NCBI GenBank assembly: GCA_032718475.1
Contig: JAUCBJ010004821.1
Location: 1-32,534, forward strand
Length of the DNA: 32,534 nt
Direction of reading: 5' to 3'
Source: Nemertoderma westbladi
Taxonomy: Eukaryota > Animalia > Xenacoelomorpha
Shown: piece by piece, positions 10,123 through 20,650 of the stretch
Numbering within the stretch: the stretch's first letter is position 1
Layout: the number at the start of each line of letters is the position of its first letter
Position numbers and translations under genes: made by a program
The notes under the pieces: model-generated
Told to the model about the DNA's origin: nothing
Databases searched by the model: none
What the model saw: only the letters and a program-made list of their open reading frames with translations

Positions 10123-13100
10123 TTACGTTGGGGAGTCCCTGGATGTTGGTTGGATTAGGGAGGTGGTCGTGGGAAGAGTATCTTGCTTTCCATAGTTTCC
10201 GGAGAGTTCTCTGTCTCTTTCCAGTAAACATAAACGACCAACTGGGCGATTGAGCTGCTGTGTCTCGAAGACAATTCCCGGTTTCTTGAAGTTACGTCGC
10301 ATGACGACGAGTTCTACCGATCGCACCAAACATCATCCGAGATGTGAGTCTCGATGATACGACCTGTCTGCCACCTCTTACGTGGAAGATCTGAATCCAC
10401 AATAAGGACCATGTCTCCAGCGCTGACGTTTTCTTGCTGCGCAAACCACTTAGTTCGAAGTTGTAGCGTGGGCAGATAATGTTTTTCGAAATGGTCAGCG
10501 AAACGACGGGATAACAACTGCATAAGTTGCCAAGTTTGCCGGCAGTATTCGTCTCCGTCTGTAATTTCCGATCGTGGGAGCATGGCTACAGGTTTCTTCA
10601 GTAGGAAGTGCGCGGGTGTTAGCGCTTCCAGGGAATCGGGACTCGAGGAGACTGGCATAAGCGGTCTCTCGTTGAGATAGGAGGCGATTTCCTCCATTAA
10701 CATCCGAAAAAGTTCGTCGGTGAGATACGCGCGGCATGGCACTATGAAGTGAAATGCGGTCTTCATGCTCCTGATTAATCTCTCCCAACTTCCTCCCCAC
10801 CAAGGGGCGTCGGCGGCGTTGAAGGTCCAGCTAGACGCTGTTACCCTTAGCTGATCGTCCACCTGTCTTTGGTTCCAATCTTTGACGTAAGCTTTGATTT
10901 CATTGTTGGCACCAATGAAGTTCGTTCCCTTATCAGATCTCATCGTGCTAGTTCCAAAGCGAGTGATCTGTCATCGTAAGCTCAATAAGAAGCTGTTGGT
11001 AGATAAATCGTTCACCATATCGAGATGGATAGCTCTACAAGTCATACAAACAAAGATGACACACCATCTCTTGACTATAGTCCTAGCACGATATACTTCA
11101 ATAGGGCCAAATAAATCTACACCGGTATTAGTAAAGGGTGGTTCATAGAAGCTTACTCGTTCCCTAGGTAATTCTGCCACTCGCTGTGTTAAAGGCCTAC
11201 TGAATGCTTTCCTACAGGGTATGCAGTTCCTAAGAACTTGGTTCAGAGCTCTACGGGGTTTATAAAAATAATAGCGAGTTCGAATTTCGCTAAGAACTCG
11301 TTCTCTACCAGCATGATAAAGTTTGCTGTGAACATCTACAATCATCTTGATTTGTATTTCAAGATTTCTAATGAGTATGGGAAACTTGGTGTCAAAGGAT
11401 AATGGAGCATTAGTTAATCTTCCTCCAACACGTATCAACCCATCTATCATTGTGCTAGAGAAACAATCCCTTAAGCGCATCTGTGGATTTCTCAACAACA
11501 GGAAATACTTATCGGAATCCTCATAGCAGTGCAGGAGTTTCAGCATCTGCTTGTTGGTTTCTTCATGCTCCTGATAACTGATCTTCTCCTTCAGAAACCT
11601 GTCAGATATCTTATATTTGGGAAGATCTTTAACAACATGGACCTGATGGGCCTGCACAGATGTCAGTGGAGCGGTATCACTATTGGTCTTTGCCCTGGAG
11701 TAATGATGATGAAAACATCGTTTTAAATATGTAACGGCTTTACAGAGCCGGTTCCAGGAACTGTAGTGATATATCGCTCTCTGCAGGAGAGGTGAGAGTC
11801 ATTGCGAGACGTCTGGTATTCCAGATTTCCAATCCCTCTCTCTGATTTCAACAACAGACTTATTTGTGGCTATGGGTTTCGGATCCAAAGTGTCGTCTCC
11901 GGAAGTGTGTAGTACAGACAGATCTACTACGGGTTTAAATAACTTCGATTTACTCACCTGAGTTTTAGGTTTGACTTTCTCCGCTCCCTTGGCCTGTCTA
12001 ATCTCTGCCGTAGTAAGATGGGGAGGCCATTCATTCTCTTCTTTGCTTAGGAAGTCGGGTCCACCTAACCAGTCTGGAGTATCTATCAGTTCTTGTGGAG
12101 TTGCTCCCCTGGAGGCGATGTCTGCTGGATTAATTGTTCCGGGGCAATGTCTCCATTGATCCATCTTCGTGCGACTAAGTATAATGGCTACTCTGTTGGT
12201 AACGAAGACGCTGAACTGACAGACTTCATTGGTTATATACTCCAACACGAGTAAAGCAGCGGTCCAATAGACAGTTTTCTCCAGTGGATATTCAATCTGT
12301 TCTGTTACATTCCAGCCGATGGCTGTAGCGTATAGAGCCGCTTTTAACTCCGCTCGAGGAACTTTCAACTTGTTGTTTATCAATGCCTTAGAGGTAACCA
12401 AGGCGACTTTGATTCCATCCGGAGTTTCCACTCTTAGGTAGGCTACTATACCTATTCCCATATCGCTGGCGTCTCCAAACACATGGAGTTGATAGGAATA
12501 CGTAGGGAGAACATGACCAAAATATGAACGGGAAATTATAAAGTTCTCGATGGCTGGTAGAGAATCTTCCCATTTCATCCACTTCTTTAATAATTCTCCC
12601 TTAAGTGGATCGTCCCATGAGTGGTTTTCAAGCCACATTTGTTGTACTAAACTCCGAGCAATCAATATAACTGGGCTAATAAATCCCAATGGATCGAAAT
12701 AAGTGCACAGGATACTTAAACAAATCCGTTTAGTCCGAACTGGATTATCTCGCTGTTTTAGCTGGAAAAACAGGATATCTCTCTCTGTGTCCCATTTCAA
12801 ACCAAGTGTCTTGGTCTCTGGAAGATCATCTTTGATTAGGTCTAGGTCTTTCGCTCCTCGATCTTCTACTGGGATCGATTCCAGAAACTCACGGGAGTTG
12901 CTGGTGAATTTAGTTAATCGAAATCCACCTCTTTTTAAGCACTCTACCGTTCCTTTGGCGACATCAATGGCTTCTTCCACAGATGGAAGGGACTTTAAAT
13001 TGTCGTCCATGTATATATCCCGTTTGATGTTGTCGATCACCTCTTTTGAGAAGGCGTCCCGGTTGTCATCGGCAGTGGTGCGCACCACTGATCAGGCGTT

Positions 13101-13253
13101 TGAAGGGCTTGAGATGATCCCAAAAGCCTGGATTTTCATCCAATACTCCACCGGTTTCTGGTTGAGGTCTCCTTCAGGCCACCACAGAAATAGTAGGCTG
13201 TCTCGATCCCTATCCAGCGCCTTGACTTGTAAGAACATGCCTTCTATATCGGA
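10123..13253 (-). pseudogene. pol: BEL pol, 3' part: RT core (YMDD), RNase H, integrase
   Basis: SDIEGMFLQV..FLWWP..FG..SSPS; DIYMDD; LHVFGDAS..PRAELKAA..NPADIASRG; integrase HHCC (HSKLYHAG..CIPC), DLFGP, SDKGTNF, SWERL. In-frame TGA stops at 13089, 11799 and 10971; frameshift near 10325. Confidence 0.95.
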
Positions 13254-14190
13254 TCAGATCAGTATACGATGGTTCGACAACATTTGTGTCTACTGTTGAC
13301 GGTGATACAGAACCATTTGAAGTGTTATGGGGCATCCTCCAAGGAGACACACTTGCACCATTCTTGTTCATTATTGTGGTTGACTATGTTCTACGCATGT
13401 CCTTAGATCATCATAATGATGATGGGGTGATGATAACTCCACCTACTGGCTCCAGAAGACGAGGAAATCCTGCCAAGTACCTAACTGATCTAGACTTTGC
13501 TGATGACTTAGGAGTACTCTCAGAATCATTAGAGGGAGCCCAACGGCTCCTCAGCTCATTAGAACATGCTGCTTCTAGTGTTGGTCTTTTTATTAACTCC
13601 AGAAAGACCAAAATTCTGACAGTTAACTTTGAAAGTCCTCAGCAAGTCTCTGATCGGATGAGCATAAGCTCAAACGATGGTATGCTTGAGCATGTGGACG
13701 ACTTCTGTTACCTGGGATCATGGATCCGGAAGTCAGATGAGGACCTTCGAATACGTAAGGGAAAGGCATGGGCAGCCTTGAATAGGCTTTCCAAGATTTG
13801 GAAATCACCGAGAATTAATCGGAAACTTAAGGTCCGATTATTTAGAGCAGCAGTAGTTCCAGTACTCCTCTACGGGAGTCCATGCTGGGCTCTAACTGCT
13901 GATGACACCAAATCTCTGGATGGCACATTCACAAGAATGCTACGCCGGGTTCATTGTGTCAAGTACAATGCACACATCTCCAACCAGACACTATATAACA
14001 TTGGAGGTGTCTCATTGGTTCCCCCAAGCTTGACACTAGAACAAAATCGCCTCCGCTTTGCAGGACATTGCTTTCGCCGTGAGGACCAGCCAGTGCATAA
14101 TCTTGTACTTTGGCAGCCTCATGGAGTGAATAAGCATGGTGGACAGCCCATGACTTTCTTGAGACGCATCTTAAAGGACACTGGCCTTAA

Positions 14191-15745
14191 CCCTATTAAA
14201 CCCGGGGGGGGGGGTCAATATGACCCCTCCCGTGGTTTTTTTATTATAATTCTGAAACAAACGCAGTTGGGAATCTGAAATTTTATGACTTTTCCTAAAA
14301 ATCTATTGTCTTCCTAGTTGTGAAAACCGTTTTCAAAAATATTGGGTACTTTTCGAGTTATAGCACCATTTTTTAACCCTACTTTTGGCACTTTTTTTGA
14401 GACGTTTTTTGAAAATTACATTTCATTAAATATGAATTGTAACATCTCTATTTTTGATTTACACCGGTTTTTTGGTGTTAGAAATTGGATGGAATTCATA
14501 TAAATTGATTTAGAAATTTCAAACTTGTTTTTTTCGGTGGGTGCCAAATTTTGGTGCCAGCACCAAATTTTGAAATATGTCAATTTTGTAAATTGATTGT
14601 TTGAAACTTGTTTTTTACGCAATTGGGGTTTTTTGGGGTTCTGGATTCGATTAAATATATACGAGTTGCACCAAGCGTATCAAACTTGTATTTTTCGGTG
14701 CTGTGTGCAAATTTTGGTGCTAGCACGAAATTTTGAAAATCCATTCAATAGATAAAATTGCTTGTGACAATTTATTTCTTGCGTTTTAGAGGTTTATGGC
14801 TGTTCTGAATTCAATGGAATATATAATTATCGAACTAGACATCTCAAACTTGTATTTTTCGGATGTGGGTGCAAAATGTGGTGCTAGCACCAAATTTTGA
14901 AAACCATCAAATATATCAATTGATTGTGTCACCTTGTTTCTTGCGTTATACGGGTTTGTGATGGTTCTGAATTCAATGGAATCAGTAAAAATTTTATAAG
15001 AGTCCTCAAACTTGTATTTTTCGCCGGTGGGTGAAAATTGTTGTGCCAGCACCAAATTTTGGAAAATATGCAAATTGATCAGTAGATAGTATCACCTTGT
15101 TTCTTGCGTTATACGGGTTTATGAGGGTCCTGAATCCGATGGAATCAATAAAAACAGCACTGGACATCGCAAAATTGTACTTTTTGGTGATGGGTACGAA
15201 ATTTGGTGCTAGCACCAAAATTTGCCAAATTACGCCGAAAAATACAAGTAGCAATGATCTGGCATATTAGAAACGTATTCCATTAGAATCAGCGCCCTCG
15301 AAAACCTCAAAATGTGAATTTATAGCATCGTATAAGTGAATTAAAAATTTTATGTTCTAACTGAAAAGTGCTGGTTACTTGTTTTTTTCATTTTTTTCCT
15401 ACGCAGAGAGGACTAAACAGCCATTTATAGTAATCATATCATTTTTGAATATTTTCCAATGTATTTTGCACCCCAGAAAACCTGTATTGAAAAATAATTA
15501 GCCGAAAATGTAACTTTCAAATTTTGTGAAAATTGTGCACTACTTGTAATTTTGGTGCTGCAATATAACCACCCCAGTACATTTTTTCGAAAATTTTTTT
15601 TTTCGGTCGGATCCAGACAAGTCATACCTACGTACAAACAAAAAATCAGACGTTTTCGTAAATATTTGTAGATTTTAGAGGGGGGGGGGTCAATATGACC
15701 CCCCCCGGTATTTGTACAACATTTTATAGCCCGGTACTAATAGGG
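14191..15745. mobile_element. Complete non-autonomous piggyBac-like MITE, copy B (1555 bp)
   Basis: TTAA TSD (14187-14190 and 15746-15749), terminal inverted repeats CCCTATTA...TAATAGGG, subterminal GnGTCAATATGACCn quasi-palindromes at both ends, no ORF. Confidence 0.92.
14440..15290. repeat. About five internal ~163-bp tandem repeats of the MITE
   Basis: Core GGTGC(T/C)AGCACC recurs at 14553, 14716, 14880, 15042 and 15205 (spacing 162-164) with conserved AAACTTGTA/TTTTTCGG flanks. Confidence 0.85.
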
Positions 15746-15887
15746 TTAAAGATGCGGATGATCTAGCAAATGTCATGGGTGATAGGGAGTTGTGGTGGTG
15801 CAATTTTGTTGACAAGCCGGCACAGCATTCTTAAAAATGCCGCTGCAATGCAGCATGCCGATCCTAGTAGTAGTAGTCTATATCGGA

Positions 15888-18800
15888 GGCGAAAACGATT
15901 GAATATTGTCATAATCTTAAGAGTATTCCCAACAAGGATTGGAGTAAGTTGGGTCCTGGTAACAACTCGGAATTAAGGGATTGGCCCATGTAGAGGGCGG
16001 AGCCGTCGAATACTACTCGTACCTCATGAGGTTTACCAGGTTTGGGAACGTAATGATGTGTTAAATAGTACGTTCTTTCAGTTAGGGGTGTTCCTTCCGG
16101 TACTCGCTCCGCATATCCCTTATTAATAAATTTCTTCAACTGAGTCTGATACATTTCTTTAGCTGAAGCATTTGCCGTAAGGCGTCGATGTAGTTGAGCA
16201 ATTCTTTTCTCCGCCAAGGGTCGGTTGTTTATGAATTTTGGTTCTCGCTTTCGGAAAGGTAGACCGATTTCATATCTACCTTGATCTTTAAGAAAACGTG
16301 TGGTTGTCCCCTGGATCTGCTTGGCTCTTTCTTCTTCTACCGATAGGGCCTTATCGTAGGAATTGGGCTCCACAGCCTCTTGAGTAAAGAATCGTACGGC
16401 GTGTTCATCTCGAGTTTTCGCGTTATATCTCTCGATTACGTCATTCAGTTCGTCGTTATAGTTGACTTGTCCTGATGGACGAATGACTTGACATAGGTTC
16501 ACTTGGTTTTGCCAAGTCTCGTTTTCCGTAAGGATATCGATTGTATTCTCTTCGTCGAAGAGCTGATGGATATCGTCATTATCCGAGGAGTATGGTGTTC
16601 CCTCAGTTGGGTCGTCAACTTCACTGCTCTCCACTTCCCATTCACTTAATTGATATACCTGTTCTTTTGGTAATCTTTCCATAAGGGTTCTACGGGAAGG
16701 GCCAGTAAAGTACCAACCTACTCTAGTTCTTCCCGCATAGACTTGTAATGGTTGTGGTTGAGCAGGCCGTTTCTCCAATGTCTCAAGCGCTTCATGCGCA
16801 TTTTGGCCGATGAGTATTTGCACTCCAGGGTAATCCGTGTTGAATCTAGGTATATTAAGCTGCTGGGTGGAATCGTCCTCATCCCAGTTATAAGGTTCTA
16901 CTTGGTTGGTAGCGAAGTTCTTTATCTCCACCATTTTTACTGACCTTATACTATGTTCTCCTGGTTCATCCTGGGGGGGTGGACAACGCACCTACATAAT
17001 AATCAGCTATTACTGTAGATTTCCAAACCTGCATAATTCCTGACATGTTTAACTTAGTTCGGAACTTGGGTTGTCCAGCAAAGATGTCTTCGGCTAGTTC
17101 TTTGTCGATGAATGTTCCTGTGCTACCGGAGTCAAGGAGGGCGTTCACTGTATAACTCCTTTTAAGTCCGTGGACCCTTAACTGTACTACTGGAAATTCT
17201 CGGATTCCTACATTGGAAGTTGGTGCTTTCCAAGATGGTTGTCGGTCAGAAGTAGTTAGGGGGAGCTCGCTGTCGGTGTCCTTTTCATACGTAAGTGCTC
17301 GATACACTGCGGTATTTATCAGGTAACAGGATTCGTTTTCGTCGGAGAATTCGTCCGTATAGAATCCTTCCATCTCAGAACTTTGGTCAGTGTCGTTCAC
17401 ATCACTGAATTGGACATGTAGTTCGGACTCACTTACCTGACTCGGGCTGTTTCGATCGAATTCAGTGTGCAACAAGATATGATGTTTTACGCCGCACTTT
17501 GCACACCTTGCGTCGGAATAACAGGTTCGCCGTTGGTGTCCTCGTCTGAGGCAATTATAACACAACCGCTTGTCCCACATGACCTCACGTCTGTCCTTTA
17601 GTGATTTCCTCAGGAATTCATCACACGCACTTAAACAGTGGGTACCGTCACACAGCACACATTTTGGTTTGATGTTACTTACCTTACTTTGGGTAACGTT
17701 GTGCACACTCGTTCTTTCCTCGGGCTTTCTTACATGAATTCTCTTAGGAGATGTAGGAGGAGTTTTTCTTACCTGTTCTCTCCTGTCATTGGTTCGAGAC
17801 TTGAATTTACTTACGTCCTTAGGCGTTTTATTGACATAATAAGATCTTTCAGTGTCTTTCCCGCTGTCTTCTTCTTGAGAAGCCTGGCTTTCGCCGTCGT
17901 CGGTATAACACACTGGTGTTACTTTTCTCCTAGAAACGGGTTTCTCACTTACCTTGTTTTCCGGTGTCTTCTCTCTGGACTGCTTTAGGAGCTGTAATTT
18001 TACTTCTCCATCTAAGGATGACATGAGATCAGCCATGGTAGGGTCTCGTCTTTGATGTTCCATCATATATAACACTTTCTTATCCCAGCGTGTACCTACT
18101 CCACCCTTAGGTAAAGTAGAGGCCACAGCTCCAATAACCATAGAACTCTGATATTCATGAGACTTACCTAGCCAATCTAATTGTCTACAGATCTCCTGAA
18201 TTTCATCGGAAAACTCTATAATCCCGCTGCTAATGAATTTTCAGGGCGCTACCAATTTTGCATACAAATACCTAGCTATGTTATTCCTATTACCATACCT
18301 GATGTTTAGGGTATTCCAAACTTGTCTTAATCCATCTGGATGTCCAATAAACTTTAACGCCATTAACTTGGGAGATCCTTCCAAGCACTCGATGAGGAAT
18401 CTAAGTTTCTCTCCGTTAGATAGCACAGAGTTCTGTATGTTATCTTTGTAATATTCATTAAAAGGTAACCATTTCATCTCATCTCCATTGAACTTGACGA
18501 TCTCTCCCACCTTTACCGCTTGACGGGCTTCGGTTCTAGCCATTTGACGCGTAAAACTTTCTTGGGCCATCGTGTTATTTAATATCGAGTTATCGGTATA
18601 TAAATTTCTCGGATTATTATCAAGTCTATATGGAATATCATTGTCAACAGGTTTATAATTACCCTTAATAGGGTTTACTATAGGAGTTTCCACTTCACTA
18701 GCAGTATATATGCGTGTAGGCTCCACACCTTGCGCATGAAATACTTCAGACCTAACAGGTTGACACATTGTTACAGGGGGTGGTGGTATACCCTTTTGTG

Positions 18801-19866
18801 TATTTACTAATTTATCGCGTTCTAATGCGATACTCTGCTGCACTTCTTGCAACTCTAACCTACTTTCCCTTACTGTTCCTTTAAACTGATGAACAGTCTC
18901 CTGCATCTGCCCGAGCAGGAGATTCATCCCCCGCCGCCCCTCATCCACCCACTCGACCGCCGAAGCGGGAGCCGCCAACGTAGTAGCGGGTAGACGAGGG
19001 ACGACGGGCGACAAATCATTGATCTTTCGCTCGGAGTCCAGGACAGGAACTGTCTCAGGGGTTGTTTTGTGGGGCACAGGTAGTTTCGTGCTGTGCAAAG
19101 GGAATTTAGAGGTAGGTTCTGGGAGTACAGGTGTCTCTATCACCGAAGGGGTGGCTTCGAGAACAGGCCTAATTATTTCAGGTTCATCTACTATAGTAGG
19201 GAGTCTTTCTAATCTAATAATTTGGTCTGTGGGTTCTGTACTACCTAAGTCTACACTATCCAGTTGCATTCTCACCTCAGGAGGTAACGTCCGCTTGAGC
19301 ATCCGTCTACGTCCGCTTGAACGAGATTTATTACCTCTACCTTCGGGATCTCTCATATCACCTTCATCGGAGGAGGCAAATCCCTGTCTTCTGGAAGTAT
19401 ATCGACTCAGTAACCGCATCTGAGCTGCAACCATAGCTGTCCTCCGTTTCTTCAAGTATTCCTGTTCTGCCCGAAGTTTTTCCAGCTCTAGTTGGGTGGT
19501 CTCTTCAGATGCTCTTAGTTCTGCTTCTGCCACTGCTATCTTTCTTTCCGCTTCTGCCGCTGCCGCTTTTCTTTCCGCTTCTATTGCTGCAGCTGCCGCT
19601 TTTCTTTCCGCTTCTGCCGCTGCAGCTGCCACTTTCCTTTCAGATTCTATTTGCCGTGGCTTTAATTGTCTATCCTTAACCAGCCTAGGGTCTGACACTA
19701 CTACTGAAGGGATGACCTTTCCTACAGTAGGGGACTTGGACTTTGGTCTGGGATGTTCTATACTTTGATCTTGGTCACAGATCCTTTCAAGACACTGTCC
19801 AATCCTAAGACTCATTCTAACACCTTCCAAAAGACTATCTGACAGTGCCCGTTTTGTGTCAGACAT
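15888..19866 (-). pseudogene. gag: BEL gag, aspartic protease and RT N-terminus (5' part of a single gag-pol ORF)
   Basis: ATG at 19866; AAAEAERK coiled-coil repeats; KFNGDEMKWLPF (DUF1759-like); three Cys-His boxes CVLCDGTHCLSAC, CYNCLRRGHQRRTC, CAKCGVKHHILLH; LLDSGS protease motif; YYLTHHYV..KPHEVRVVFDGSA..SLNSELLPGPNL. Frameshifts near 18245 and 16975. Confidence 0.95.
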
Positions 19867-20004
19867 GTTTGTTTGTACAGTTGAATGCCTACTGCTATAT
19901 TACAGTTAAAGCAAGTCTAGTAATTCAGTATCACCGTTAGCCTAGTAATTAATTACCGATACTGTTACTCAGTGTAACGTGATATATATATATATAATAT
20001 ATTA

Positions 20005-20260
20005 GAATACCGGTATACACTTATAGTATATATATAAGTATTATTACAGACTAGGTTTGTCACAGAATACCGGTATATAATTTCAGCACAACTATATATA
20101 TAAATATATAATAGGCCTATCGTGAATACCGGTATACAGCTTACACTTATAGTACATATAAGTATAATTATGGACTAGAATTAATTACAGAATACTGGTA
20201 TAATTTCAGCCTAAATTTATAGAAATAAATATAAAAAGCCTATCGTAAATACCGGTATGT
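20005..20260. repeat. Five ~60-bp leader repeats, each centred on the palindrome ATACCGGTAT
   Basis: Palindrome at 20007, 20067, 20126, 20192 (C>T variant) and 20249; alternating A/B unit types. Confidence 0.8.
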
Positions 20261-20639
20261 CAATTATTTTAGAATAATTGAATTTCTGAATTTTAGGGGT
20301 TACTTGGTTACTTTACTTTACCTTATTACCGTTATTTAAGCAGTAGTCCAACTGATATTAAGACCTAATTGTTGTATGGCAGGCCTACTATTTTATAAAT
20401 TGGTTTGAGTTGATTTATAATATATATATACCCGTATAATGGGTTTTGTCAATATTTGAAATAAATGTTATTATTTCTGGGAAGTTATTTCCGGGTGGTT
20501 AGGAAGTTAGGCCTACTGGGTACCGGTTGACCGGTACTTCAGCTTTATTGCCTACTGCAATACAGAAGCAATAACCGTTATTGTTCTTACCAGAACAATA
20601 TTAAACTGTATTTATTGCCTACACTGCAATCAGAAGTTC

Positions 20640-20650
20640 ATATCTGTTAT
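20640..20650 (-). promoter_or_regulatory. Non-tRNA primer-binding site candidate ATAACAGATAT (self-priming type)
   Basis: Abuts the 5' LTR, lacks TGG, and is the exact reverse complement of the sense-strand LTR 11-mer at 21403-21393. Confidence 0.7.

Larger units (their letters stand above)
13256..15834 (+). pseudogene. RTE RT C-terminal half (coding 13256-14190 and 15750-15834), split by MITE copy B
   Basis: GILQGDTLAPFLF, LDFADD, FCYLGS, RLRFAGHCFR. After MITE removal it reads KDTGL-KDADDLANVMGDRELWW...HS*. Confidence 0.9.
13254..15876 (+). mobile_element. 5'-truncated RTE-clade LINE inserted antisense into the BEL RT
   Basis: 11-bp TSD TCTATATCGGA (13243-13253 and 15877-15887), 3' tail (TAG)4, and an RT ORF. 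Confidence 0.92.

Noticed and set aside
12703-13299. 198-aa plus-strand ORF and other antisense ORFs over gag-pol and the CRE element
   Set aside because: Shadow frames of the retroelement coding strand with no recognisable motifs.
10971-15911. Alternative genetic code (TGA read as sense)
   Set aside because: Frameshifts co-occur in the same ORF, the RTE ORF has no in-frame TGA, and CGA>TGA mutation explains at least two of the stops.
16966-16991. Programmed gag-pol frameshift at the C7 run
   Set aside because: It lies inside the protease region after the DSG motif, and BEL elements normally have one ORF; a homopolymer indel or sequencing error is more likely.
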